Assembly (NCBI GenBank): GCA_030747175.1
Contig: JASLLE010000002.1
Location: forward strand, 21,172-85,171
Length of the DNA stretch: 64,000 nucleotides
From: Dehalococcoidia bacterium
GTDB lineage: Bacteria; Chloroflexota; Dehalococcoidia; Lucifugimonadales; Lucifugimonadaceae
Reading direction: 5' to 3'
Shown here: in pieces, positions 1 through 9,454 of the stretch
Position numbering within the stretch: position 1 is the first letter of the stretch
How the letters are laid out: each line of letters starts with the position of its first letter
Notes under the pieces: model-generated
Database searches by the model: none
What the model saw: the letters and a program-made list of their open reading frames with translations, nothing else
What the model was told of the DNA's origin: nothing
Program-made: the position numbers and the translations under genes

Positions 1-7
1 CTCCAGA

Positions 8-61
8 CCTCCTCCCTCACAGGGAGGAGGCAACAACAGCCCCCTCCTACATTAGGAGGGG
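8..61. repeat. Two adjacent perfect hairpins (interspersed-repeat module, possibly truncated by window edge)
   Basis: CCTCCTCCC(8-16)/GGGAGGAGG(22-30) with a 5-nt loop, and CCCCTCCTA(41-49)/TAGGAGGGG(53-61) with a 3-nt loop. Confidence 0.6.
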
Positions 62-263
62 TTCGGGGGTGGTTATCGTCCCGCACCAACATCGATATGA
101 CACCGGTTCTTCATCCTGCGCTTTCTCCCGGCCGGAGAAGGGAATTTCGTGTTCGCACCGGCCTCCCGAGCGTGCGTTCGACGCGCCGCCCCACTAAACT
201 TGCGCACGGCTGCCGCACTGATCCCGGAATCAACGTCCTGCCCCGGCGGGAAGAGGTCGGCGC

Positions 264-1487
264 GTGAAACATCCGCTCAGCGTGTTGGTGAAACCGACCT
301 CGAGCCGGTGCAACCTCAACTGCGGATACTGCTTTTACCTGCGAAAAGCGGAACTTTACCCGTGGGGCGATCACCCCAGGCTCACGCTCGACACTTACGA
401 GTCGTTTCTGCGCCAGTACGTGGACGGTTTCGCCCCGCTCTATAACTTCGCATGGCAGGGCGGCGAACCGACGATCATGGGGCTGGATTTTTACCGGTCG
501 GCCGTTGAGCTACAGCGGCGCGTGGCGGAGGAGAACAAGCTCCACCCGCGGTTCTCGATGTCCAATGCGATCCAGACGAACGCCACGATGATTAATGACG
601 ACTGGGGCCGCTTCCTGAAGGACTCCGATTTCCTGGTCGGCGTAAGCCTGGACGGGCCACCTGAATTGCACGATTTCCATCGCGTTGACTGGAAGGGCCG
701 ACCCACCCACCAGCGGGTAATGGACGGCGTGGAGCACCTCCGCAGCCGCGACGTACCGTTCAACGTGCTCGTCGTGGTCAACAGCGCCAACGTTGAGCAC
801 CCCCGGGAGGTGCTGAACTGGCTATTCGAGCAGGGCTTCGATAATCTCCAGTTCATCCCCTGCGCCGAACCCGATCCCCCGCACCTGAACGTCGCCGAGA
901 CCGGCGCGATCAGCCCCGGATCGATCACGCCGGAGCAGTATGGCGCGTTCCTCAGGGGGCTGTTCGATGCCTGGGTGGATATCGGCATCGACAGGATCAG
1001 GATTCGCTGGTTCGACAACCTGATTCAGATGTTGTGGGGGCAGCCCGCCGAGATGTGCGAGATGGCCACGTCCTGCGGGTATGTGGTGCTCGAACACAAT
1101 GGTGACTGCTACCCGTGCGACTTTTTTGTCGAGACCGGCTGGCTGCTCGGCAACGTCCATGAAACATCGCTTTCGGAGATGATCAATTCCGACAGGTTCA
1201 GGGAGTTCAGCGGCCAGAAAAGCAAACTGAATGCCCGGTGCCAGTCATGCAGCTGGAAGACGCTGTGCTACGGCGAGTGCCCGCGTTACAGGATCACCGC
1301 GTCCGGGTCGTCTGACGGCACGCTGCCTTACTTCTGCCCTTCGTTTACGGAGTTCTTTGACCGCCGGTTCACGAAGCTGGAACGACTGGCCGTAAACGCT
1401 GGCCGGCGGCTCGGGTTTCCGGTGCCGGGAGGTCGGTTAACGGCGAGCAAACGAACGGCGACCCGGCTGGTGCGGGGACGCCGTTAG
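264..1487 (+). CDS. Anaerobic sulfatase-maturating enzyme (radical SAM/SPASM, anSME family)
   Basis: GTG start 7 nt after AAGAGG. The N-terminus VLVKPTSSRCNLNCGYCFY carries the CxxxCxxC radical-SAM cluster motif. GGEPT is present. The Cys-rich C-terminal region (CYPCDFF, CQSCSWKTLCYGECP) fits a SPASM domain. Confidence 0.85.
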   Translation: MKHPLSVLVKPTSSRCNLNCGYCFYLRKAELYPWGDHPRLTLDTYESFLRQYVDGFAPLYNFAWQGGEPTIMGLDFYRSAVELQRRVAEENKLHPRFSMSNAIQTNATMINDDWGRFLKDSDFLVGVSLDGPPELHDFHRVDWKGRPTHQRVMDGVEHLRSRDVPFNVLVVVNSANVEHPREVLNWLFEQGFDNLQFIPCAEPDPPHLNVAETGAISPGSITPEQYGAFLRGLFDAWVDIGIDRIRIRWFDNLIQMLWGQPAEMCEMATSCGYVVLEHNGDCYPCDFFVETGWLLGNVHETSLSEMINSDRFREFSGQKSKLNARCQSCSWKTLCYGECPRYRITASGSSDGTLPYFCPSFTEFFDRRFTKLERLAVNAGRRLGFPVPGGRLTASKRTATRLVRGRR

Positions 1488-1645
1488 GGTGTTTTGACGG
1501 CGCGCATGACTCGAAAGCCCCGGGTTGCCTGCAGGGCACACATCGCGCCCGGGGTACGAGGTAGCCCCGGGCGGGGCCGTCCACCGCCTCCGAGGATCCG
1601 ATATGCGGGGTAAGTGTCCGCGGCACTGATACCCTAGCCCGCGCT

Positions 1646-3271
1646 ATGACCTCACCAATCCATAATCCTGACCGCACGGCGGATGTCCTGATCGTCGGAG
1701 CCGGCGCTTCCGGCGCCGCTGTCGCCGCATCACTGTCCGAGGCCGGGTTCGACGTAGTCTGCATCGAACAGGGCCACTGGCAAGACTCGTTCAAGTACCC
1801 CACGATAGAACCCGATTACGAGCTCAGGGCGATGAGTTCCTGGTCGATCAACCCGAACAAGCGCCGCCTCCCCGAGGATTACCCGGTAAACGTCGATGAT
1901 TCGGCGATCGAACCGGTGATGTTCAACGGCGTCGGTGGAAGCACCATCCTGTGGGCCGCGCACACGCCGCGCCTGCACCCGTCCGATTTTCGGGTCAAAA
2001 CCCTGGACGGCGTCGCCGAGGACTGGCCGATCTCGTACGAAGACCTGGAGCCGTGGTACGACCTGAACGACCAGGTCATGGGCTGTGCCGGTATCGCCGG
2101 AGATCCAGCAAACCCGCCCCGGTCAGAACGCCCGATGCCGCCGATCCCGATTGGCAGGGACGGGGAGATGCTGGCCGGGGCGTTCGATCGACTCGGCTGG
2201 CACTGGTGGCCGTCCGACAACTACGTCAATTCGACCCGGTACGGGGAAGGCCGGGACGCGTGCAACTTTTGCGGCCACAACATGATGGGTTGCTACCAGC
2301 GCGCCAAGTCCTCGACCGATCTGAACTACTGGCCGCGCGCTATCGACCAGGGAACCGAACTCGTGACCGGCGCCCGCGTCAGAGAAATAACGACCGACCT
2401 TGCGGGCAGCGCAACCGGTGTGAGTTACCTGGACCCCGGGGGCAATGACCGGCATCGGGCAGCGAGGGCCGTGGTCGTGGCGGCAAATGGCATCGGCACA
2501 CCCCGCCTGTTGCTGCTTTCCAACTCCGAAAAGCACCCGAACGGCCTGGCCAACTCGTCAGGGCTGGTCGGGAAAAACTTGATGTTCCACGTATACGCCG
2601 GGGTGACCGGCATCTTTCCGGACAATGAGGACCGCTGGGTGGGTCCGGCGGCCAACATGATTCTTTCGCAGGAGTTCTATGAGACAGACCCCGGCCGGGG
2701 TTTTGTGCGCGGCTATTCGTACCAGACTGGCCGGGGACAGGGCCCGGGCGCGACGGCGCGAGGCGGCTCCAGGCGCGTGCCCTGGGGCGCCGACCATCAT
2801 GTACAGATGCAACGACGGTTTGGGAACACGGTGAGTCTTGGGATCATCGGCGACGATCTGCCGGAGGAACACAATTCCGTCACGCTGGATGAATATTTGA
2901 CCGACGGCTCCGGTCTCCCTGCGCCGAAGATCACTTACAGGGTCAGCGATAACTCGCGCGCGATCCTGGATCACGCTCTCGTACAGGGTCAAAAGGTACT
3001 GGAGGAGGCGGGCGCGTCAGAGATCATGATCAATCCTCACTCAAGAGAGGCCGGATGGCACTTGATGGGGACGGCGCGCATGGGCGACGACCCGGAGCGA
3101 TCCGTGGTCGACAGGAACGGCCAGTCTCACGACATTGACAACCTGTTCATCGTGGACGGCAGTGTGTTCGTGACCGGGGGCGCCGTGAACCCGACCCCGA
3201 CCATACAGGCGATCGCGCTTCGCACGGCCGACTACATCACACGCGAGCGGAAGGACCTGAAAACCCGATGA
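1646..3271 (+). CDS. GMC-family FAD-dependent oxidoreductase (gluconate 2-dehydrogenase flavoprotein-like)
   Basis: N-terminal DVLIVGAGASGAAVAASLSEAGFDVVCIEQG dinucleotide-binding motif. C-terminal GTARMG...NLFIVDGSVFVT resembles GMC signatures. Confidence 0.85.
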   Translation: MTSPIHNPDRTADVLIVGAGASGAAVAASLSEAGFDVVCIEQGHWQDSFKYPTIEPDYELRAMSSWSINPNKRRLPEDYPVNVDDSAIEPVMFNGVGGSTILWAAHTPRLHPSDFRVKTLDGVAEDWPISYEDLEPWYDLNDQVMGCAGIAGDPANPPRSERPMPPIPIGRDGEMLAGAFDRLGWHWWPSDNYVNSTRYGEGRDACNFCGHNMMGCYQRAKSSTDLNYWPRAIDQGTELVTGARVREITTDLAGSATGVSYLDPGGNDRHRAARAVVVAANGIGTPRLLLLSNSEKHPNGLANSSGLVGKNLMFHVYAGVTGIFPDNEDRWVGPAANMILSQEFYETDPGRGFVRGYSYQTGRGQGPGATARGGSRRVPWGADHHVQMQRRFGNTVSLGIIGDDLPEEHNSVTLDEYLTDGSGLPAPKITYRVSDNSRAILDHALVQGQKVLEEAGASEIMINPHSREAGWHLMGTARMGDDPERSVVDRNGQSHDIDNLFIVDGSVFVTGGAVNPTPTIQAIALRTADYITRERKDLKTR

Positions 3272-3696
3272 CGCTCGACATCGATACAGGTCTCCTGGCG
3301 GCCGCCCTGGACCGCATAATTCCGCCGGTAGATGACCTGCCCGGCGCTGGGGCGATGGGACTGGCGGAGGAAGTGATCGCACGGTCCCGCGCCGATTTTC
3401 GTTTCAGTGACGCGCTGGACACCGTGGTTAACGCGTTGCCCTCGCCGAACGCCTTCACAGCGCTCGACGGCGAGGGACAGGACGGTGCCATCCGGGCGCT
3501 GGAGTCATCGCACCCGGACGACTTCAATTTGTGGCTGGACGTCGTCTACACGATCTACTACATGCAGCCCGCAGTGCACCGGCGGATGAACTGGCACGGC
3601 CGGTCACCGCAACCGGAAGGTAACGTGATGCCGCCGTGGGACGAATCCGTACTCGGCGTTACGCGGCAGCGTGAGCCCTTCTGGCGAAAAGCGTGA
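3268..3696 (+). CDS. Small subunit partner of the GMC flavoprotein (gluconate 2-dehydrogenase subunit 3-like)
   Basis: ATGA stop/start overlap with the upstream GMC gene. The LDRIIPP..DLPGAG N-terminal motif matches this small-subunit family as I recall it. Confidence 0.6.
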   Translation: MTLDIDTGLLAAALDRIIPPVDDLPGAGAMGLAEEVIARSRADFRFSDALDTVVNALPSPNAFTALDGEGQDGAIRALESSHPDDFNLWLDVVYTIYYMQPAVHRRMNWHGRSPQPEGNVMPPWDESVLGVTRQREPFWRKA

Positions 3697-3775
3697 TCGC
3701 GGCCGACTAACGCCGAGCGTGCGTGCGGGTGCGTCAATCGGTCCACGCGCGGTTCCGGTCCGGGAATCGGATCCT

Positions 3776-4642
3776 TTACGGGCCCGGGATCAGAACTGGT
3801 TCCGGATCGGGAGTGCCGAGATCCCGGGACGGGCTCGCCGGAGTATTCGAAGTGTCGCCACGATCACGGCCGTCGGTTCCTGATGGGGTCGGTATCACCG
3901 TGATCGGATAACCACAGTCTTCGGCCACCTGCAGGTACTCGGCGGGCGGCTCGTAGCCGGCCGGGGCGATCTGGAACACGGAACTGAAGTCCAGTCCAAC
4001 CGACTGCGCACCGTGATACAGGCATTCCAGGGTTGCTATCGACGCGCCGAACTGGCTTTGCCCGTCCATGACCGCCCGCTCATCCTCGTTCAAGCAGAAC
4101 GAGACCGGGATCACTTCGGAGATCATGTCGATCGAGATTGATGCGAAATCTTCCAGCGTCGGCTCTCCGTCCAGATCGTTGATCCTGTTGGCCACGGCGG
4201 CAACATTGCCTACCGCTAGCTTCTCGGCCACACATGCCTGGGTGGCCAGGCTCAACTCGCCGACCTCGTTGAACAACCCGCCCGCCATGATGCGCGACCA
4301 CGTGTCCCCGGACATGCACTCAAAGATATCGAGGCTCTCGTCGTCGAGGCGCTCCTCGCCGGAACGGATCGCCGTGTACCGATCCACGCCCCATATCTCC
4401 TCCAGGCACTTGTTTTCGGCCTCCGGAATGGCGTCGAGGAACTCCGCCGGTTCGTTGTCCATGTCCGCCCTGATCGGTACGAACGGCGCCTTTGATGCTC
4501 CGGCGGCGACCGCCGTAGCCGCGTCGGGATCGATGATGGACCCGGGCGATAGTTCAGCACCGTTACTGCCGCTACAGGCAGCTGCGACAACGGCGAAACC
4601 CGCCAGTACTGGAAGTAGCAATCGTCGACTACCGAGGTTCAT
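3776..4642 (-). CDS. Secreted lipoprotein, function unknown
   Basis: The ORF runs to 4750, but GGAGG followed by ATG at 4642 gives MNLGSRRLLLPVLAGFAVVAAAC-SG, a signal peptide with a lipobox. The mature part is acidic with regularly spaced Cys. No family recognised. Confidence 0.6.
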   Translation of the reverse strand: MNLGSRRLLLPVLAGFAVVAAACSGSNGAELSPGSIIDPDAATAVAAGASKAPFVPIRADMDNEPAEFLDAIPEAENKCLEEIWGVDRYTAIRSGEERLDDESLDIFECMSGDTWSRIMAGGLFNEVGELSLATQACVAEKLAVGNVAAVANRINDLDGEPTLEDFASISIDMISEVIPVSFCLNEDERAVMDGQSQFGASIATLECLYHGAQSVGLDFSSVFQIAPAGYEPPAEYLQVAEDCGYPITVIPTPSGTDGRDRGDTSNTPASPSRDLGTPDPEPVLIPGP

Positions 4643-4788
4643 TGTTGAGGCCTCCACGACCATGCTGATTTCTGGTGTTACCGATATATAGACGACGGAG
4701 GGCCCGGGATTGTTCCATGCGAATCCAGTGACCAGAACATCCGCCACCATCGGCGATCGAAATAACCGACCAACATCGATTGCCCGAC

Positions 4789-4832
4789 GCCATCCTGAAC
4801 CCGCCCGATGTCATCCTGAACTTATTTCAGGA
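4789..4832 (+). repeat. Hairpin repeat GTCATCCTGAACTTATTTCAGGA, preceded by a partial CATCCTGAAC copy
   Basis: Stem TCCTGAA(4814-4820)/TTCAGGA(4826-4832). A partial direct copy lies at 4791-4800. Confidence 0.6.
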
Positions 4833-4947
4833 ACCGGTTGAGTCCCGGAACATTTGACGAACGGCGAAACGCTATCCGGGGCATCCCCACCCATCGCGAG
4901 TGAATCAATCGCTTCTGCACACGCCGGCGCATTGCAGACCCGGCGGA

Positions 4948-4970
4948 CCCTGAATTAAGTTCAGCATGAC
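4948..4970 (-). repeat. Second copy of the same hairpin repeat, in inverted orientation
   Basis: The reverse complement reads GTCATGCTGAACTTAATTCAGGG, close to the 4810-4832 copy. Stem CTGAA/TTCAG. Confidence 0.6.
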
Positions 4971-5066
4971 GGGTTGAGGGCAATGTCTCGTCCACCGGTC
5001 ATCACCCAATTCAGACGCCGACCGGGGTGATCAAAATGCACGCCCAGATAATCCACGCATTGCGTG

Positions 5067-6104
5067 TCACGCGTCGCGTGCGCAGCGGAAGCCCAGGTTG
5101 CCCGTTGAGCTGTCCGGCGTGTTGCTTGTGCGTGCGCCATTCCGATACCGATTGCAGTACGAAGAATGGCACAGGTACGAGCCGCCCTTCATGACGCGCG
5201 ATGCGCCCCCTGGCGGGCCTTTCGGATTATCCCGCGGCGCGTTCGGGTGCTGGTGAAAGGTCGGGCTCCAGTTATCCGCGCACCACTCCCACACGTTCCC
5301 GGAGACGCAGTAAAGCCCGAATCCGTTCGGTTCGTACGATGTAACCGGCGCGGTTCCCGCGTATCCGTCAGATGCACGGTTCTCGGTCGGGAATCGACCC
5401 TGGAAGACGTTGCTCATGTGTACCCCGTCCGGCACCAGCTCGTCGCCCCACGGGTACATCGCCTGCGAAACTCCACCGCGGGCCGCCATCTCCCACTCCG
5501 CCTCGGTCGGGAGACGCTTTCCGGCCCATTCGCAGTAGGCGAGCGCGTCGGTCCACGACACCTGCGTAACCGGGTGATCCATCCGGCCTTCTAGCGACGA
5601 GTCGGGGCCGTCCGGATGCCGCCAGTCGCCGCCATCAACACGTCGCCACCACTCGGATCCGGCGACCGCTTGCGTCACGGTCTTTGCCGTTTCTTCCGAG
5701 ATGAAGTCGTGGAACACAAACGTCCACCCAAAGCGCTCGGCCTCGGTCTGAAAACCCGTGGCGTCTATGAACTCGGCGAATCGGGCGTTCGTAACGGCCG
5801 TGGCGTCGATGTAGAACGGGTCCACGCCTACTTCACGCACCGGCCCTTCTCCATCCAGTGGAAAGCCGCGCGGGTAATCGCTGCCCATCAAAAACTCCCC
5901 GCCGACGATCTTGATCATCGAGTCATCGAACGGCGCTCCGGGTGCGCCGACCGGAAGGCGCGATCCGGTGATAGCGGCGGTAGCGCCCCCTTCGAGATCA
6001 GATCGTCCGGGCGCGGTCAGATTGCCGGTCTGCCGTTCCGGTTCCTCCCCGGGCATTGCGTCCCGTGACGCCGCACAGCACGCGCCCGTATGCGAAGCGC
6101 TCAT
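5067..6104 (-). CDS. Formylglycine-generating enzyme (FGE/SUMF1 family)
   Basis: C-terminal RVMKGGSYLCHSSYCNRYRNGARTSNTPDSSTGNLGFRCARD is the classic FGE signature. The start overlaps the sulfatase stop (ATGA). Confidence 0.9.
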   Translation of the reverse strand: MSASHTGACCAASRDAMPGEEPERQTGNLTAPGRSDLEGGATAAITGSRLPVGAPGAPFDDSMIKIVGGEFLMGSDYPRGFPLDGEGPVREVGVDPFYIDATAVTNARFAEFIDATGFQTEAERFGWTFVFHDFISEETAKTVTQAVAGSEWWRRVDGGDWRHPDGPDSSLEGRMDHPVTQVSWTDALAYCEWAGKRLPTEAEWEMAARGGVSQAMYPWGDELVPDGVHMSNVFQGRFPTENRASDGYAGTAPVTSYEPNGFGLYCVSGNVWEWCADNWSPTFHQHPNAPRDNPKGPPGGASRVMKGGSYLCHSSYCNRYRNGARTSNTPDSSTGNLGFRCARDA

Positions 6105-7597
6105 GCCTTAACGTCTGTCACGGGGAAGGGGTAAGGCCTTGAGCGGCCCTCGTATCCAAAGTCTGTCTGCATGGCCATACCTCCCAGGTCTGCCAGCCGA
6201 TCGTGCATCGATAACCGGATGGAGTTCATGATTTCTGTGTCCAGTTCTGCGCTGAGCCGATCAAACGTGGCCCGGTGCGCCGGGTCGTCCGCCAGGTTCA
6301 CCTGCTCCTGCGGATCGTCCTTCACGTTGTAGAAGGTCACCTCGCCGGTCGAGTAGCGGGACAGCCGCCACTCACGGTCGTAGATCATCCAGCCGTCCGA
6401 GAGCATGCCGTAGATGCGCTCACGGGGCGGCTCGTCCGTGAGTCCGAGTCCCGGCAGCGGACGTGAATCCATGTGCTGCGGAATCGGTACACCGGCGGCG
6501 GCGAGCATCGTCGTCGTGATATCCCGCACTTCCACAAGTTCGTCCGAGACATTGCCGATGGGCAGACCGGGTCCCTGGATCACCATCGGGATGTGGATCG
6601 CCGCCTCGTAGAACGACGCCTTGCCGATCAGCCCGTGATCGCCGAGATAGTCGCCGTGATCCGTCGCAAGGATGACGACGGTGTTATCCAGCAACCCGTT
6701 GCGCCGAAGCGCGTCCAGCACCTCGCCGACCTCGTGATCGACCTGCTTCACAAGCCCGGCGTAGTGCGCCCGAACCCTGGCCTTCTGGGCGTCCGTGAAG
6801 TCGCTGATATCGACGCCGTTCCAGTCGTTCTTGTTGCCGTCGATATTGCCCTGCCGGAGCTTCGGCGTGTCCCCTGCGTCCGGTGCGGGTGCGGGCATGT
6901 CTTCGGGGTCGAACTTCCACGCGTCCTCGAAGTCCGCTGCCGGATCGTATGGACAGTGCGGGCCCGGGAACCCGACCATCATGGCGAAGGGGCCGTCGGA
7001 CCCGTATTCGTCCAGGAACCTGACCGCTTCCCGCCCCACGAACCGATCCCACGAGTGCTCCCACGGAAGCTGGTGGACGATTGCGCCCTGGTTCTCGAAA
7101 TAGCCCTCGTGCTCGTTGCCGTGGAGTTTCCGCAGCTCGCGCTCACGCAGGTAGTGGAAGTAGTCGTCCCTGACGTTCAGCCAGCGCTTGTCCTCGCAGA
7201 TCACCCGGTGCTGGAACCCGAACCGGGCGTCCCACGGGTAAAAATGCATCTTGCCGATGGCCGAAGTGTAGTACCCGGCCTCCGTCATTAACTCCGGCCA
7301 TGTCTCTATACCCGCGGCTTCGTAGTCGAGCCGGATGCCGTGGTTGTTATCCGTGATGCCGTTACGGATGGCGTTCATCCCGGACAGCAGGGCGTTCCGG
7401 GCCGGGACGCAGATCGGCGACTGCGAGTACGCCTCGGCGTAGCGGGTGCCGTTGGCCGCTATGGAATCGATATTCGGCGTGTCGATAAAGTCAGCGCCGT
7501 AGCACGACAGGAAGTCACGCCGAAGCTGGTCCGGAAAGAGGAAGACGATGTTCGGTCGGTCGGCCAAGTTGGACTCCTGAGTGGCCTGGTGGTTCAT
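6101..7597 (-). CDS. Cys-type sulfatase (arylsulfatase family), no signal peptide
   Basis: PNIVFLFPDQLR metal-binding N-terminus. SPICVPARNALLSGM contains the CxPxR formylglycine motif. ATDHGDYLGDHG is present. Confidence 0.9.
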   Translation of the reverse strand: MNHQATQESNLADRPNIVFLFPDQLRRDFLSCYGADFIDTPNIDSIAANGTRYAEAYSQSPICVPARNALLSGMNAIRNGITDNNHGIRLDYEAAGIETWPELMTEAGYYTSAIGKMHFYPWDARFGFQHRVICEDKRWLNVRDDYFHYLRERELRKLHGNEHEGYFENQGAIVHQLPWEHSWDRFVGREAVRFLDEYGSDGPFAMMVGFPGPHCPYDPAADFEDAWKFDPEDMPAPAPDAGDTPKLRQGNIDGNKNDWNGVDISDFTDAQKARVRAHYAGLVKQVDHEVGEVLDALRRNGLLDNTVVILATDHGDYLGDHGLIGKASFYEAAIHIPMVIQGPGLPIGNVSDELVEVRDITTTMLAAAGVPIPQHMDSRPLPGLGLTDEPPRERIYGMLSDGWMIYDREWRLSRYSTGEVTFYNVKDDPQEQVNLADDPAHRATFDRLSAELDTEIMNSIRLSMHDRLADLGGMAMQTDFGYEGRSRPYPFPVTDVKA

Positions 7598-7669
7598 GGG
7601 TGTGGATTGTATCGTCCGTCGCCCCGTCCGTTAGAGTGCGGCGACATCATTCAACGAGAAAGCGAACGC

Positions 7670-9168
7670 ATGCCCCGCCCAAACGTCCTGTTCATCATGT
7701 GCGACCAGCTCAAGGCAACGACCCTGAGCGTGTACGGCAACCGGGTGTGACTTTTGAGAGCGCCATCACGCCACACCCGCTCTGTGTCCCGGCGCGCACG
7801 GCAATCATGGCGTCACGTTATCCGCACCAGCTCGGAACACGCCGCAACGAGACCTTGATGCCGGAGGGCGTGACGCACGTTTATGGCATCTGGAAATCGG
7901 CCGGGTACACGACCGGATTGATTGGCAAGAACCACTGTTTTGACCGGCAGGAAGACATCGACCTGATAGATGTTCGAGGAGAGTTGTGGCACCGGGGCTT
8001 GATGGACGAATCCACCCTGAAGGGCATGGAGTGGGTGCGGTTGGTAGAGAAGGTGAAAGCGGCCGAGGTCGGGCGTGCCGACATCAAACGTCAGAGCCCG
8101 CGTATCGCACACGCCATCACCGACTTCCCGGAGGAGGATTACGGGACGGCCGTCATAACGGCGCAGACCGAACGCTATTTAGAAGATCACGCGGCCCAGG
8201 ACAACCGGGTCGACAACCCCTTTGCGCTCTGGGTCTCGTATCCCGATCCACACGAACCCTACGAAGCTCCGCGCCGGTACGCCGAGATGTTCCCGCCGGA
8301 ATCCATCGATCTGCCGCCTTCCCGGGACGGCGAGTTCGACGAATCATCGCCGGAGCGCAACCGCATCCTGCACCGGATTCTCGGGCTGTCCGGTGATAGC
8401 GAGGACGATATCCGGCGAGCCATAAGCGTCTACTACGCAATGACCCGCTTCGTCGACGACGGGATCGGTCGCATCCTCGACACGCTGGAGCGCACCGGGC
8501 TTCGGGACGAGACCATCGTCGTGTTCACGGCGGACCACGGCGACTTCATGGGCGAGCACGACATGATCGTGAAGGGCGGCGTGTTCTACGACTGCCTGGT
8601 GCGGGTGCCGCTCATCGTTTCGTGGCCGGGCCATGTGCCGCAGGACGCCCGGGACGAGAGCATGGTCAGTACTATCGACATCGTGCCTACGCTCCTCCAG
8701 TTACAGGGCATCGACGTTCCTTCGGAGTTTTGGGGCGAACCCCTTCCCACTGTCACGGACGCCGAACCGCGCGACGCCGTGTTCTCCGAGTACGGTAGCG
8801 GCGGGCCGCCGTTCACGATGGGGGACCTCGAAGCCATGCCGGAGCCTTACGGCTACGAGACGCTGATCGGCAGCCTTCAGTGGAGGGAGGCGGAGGGGGA
8901 CCGGCGCATGGTCCGCACGTCCCGCTGGAAGTACGTCCACGATCCGCTCGCGCCGCCGGAAGAACTCGACGAGCTGTACGACCTTGAGGCCGACCCGGCG
9001 GAGCTAACGAACGTCGCGGCAAACCCGGCCAACGCGAAAGTTATCGCCGGATTAAGCGCACGGCTCGATGCGTGGCGAGCCGAAACGGGCGATGGGCCGG
9101 TCGTGCCCCTGCCCGAACCGGAACATTACGCAACGGGTGGCAACTTCCGTCCCCGGGTTCGACGCTGA
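7670..9168 (+). pseudogene. Cys-type sulfatase disrupted by a short out-of-frame deletion near codon 26
   Basis: ATG at 7670 encodes MPRPNVLFIMCDQLKATTLSVYGNRV, then TGA at 7748-7750. The rest (VTFESAITPHPLCVPARTAIM...TADHGDFMGEH...) continues in another frame to 9168. The roughly 12-14 aa normally between YGN and the CxPxR region (IDTPNIDSIAANGT in the paralog at 6101-7597) is missing. Confidence 0.6.
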
Positions 9169-9204
9169 TGAAACGTACTGAACGGAAATAGATAATCCCC
9201 GGGT

Positions 9205-9345
9205 TTGATGCCCGGTCATCCCGGGCGTAGCCGAGGGACCTTCACCAATACGCGATTCGGCGAACAGACATCGTCCCCGCCGGGACCCGGTCCTCCCTCG
9301 TACTTCGACGGGCTTAGCACAGGTTCCCGGCCCTCTCCCACCGGA
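9205..9345 (+). repeat. Copy 1 of a roughly 130-nt interspersed element (GAGGGACCTTCACCAAYACGCGA...CCCGGCCCTC)
   Basis: Aligns by eye along most of its length with 9455-9595. Begins GTCATCCCGGGCGTAGCCGAGGGACCTTCACC. Confidence 0.65.
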
Positions 9346-9454
9346 AGCGGCGGACGCGCGGAACGCCATCGCGCGAAGGCTCTCCGCACCCTGAGGCTCT
9401 CGAAGGGCCGGTTCCATCAACCACGTCATGTCATTGACAGCACCCCGGTACCGG

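Noticed and set aside
7600-7747. GTG at 7600 as the true start of the second sulfatase, giving one continuous 522-aa ORF.
   Set aside because: Its first roughly 48 residues are Arg/Pro-rich nonsense and lack the metal-binding N-terminal strand. That strand (MPRPNVLFIMCDQ) is encoded in another frame from 7670, so a frameshifted gene is the better reading.
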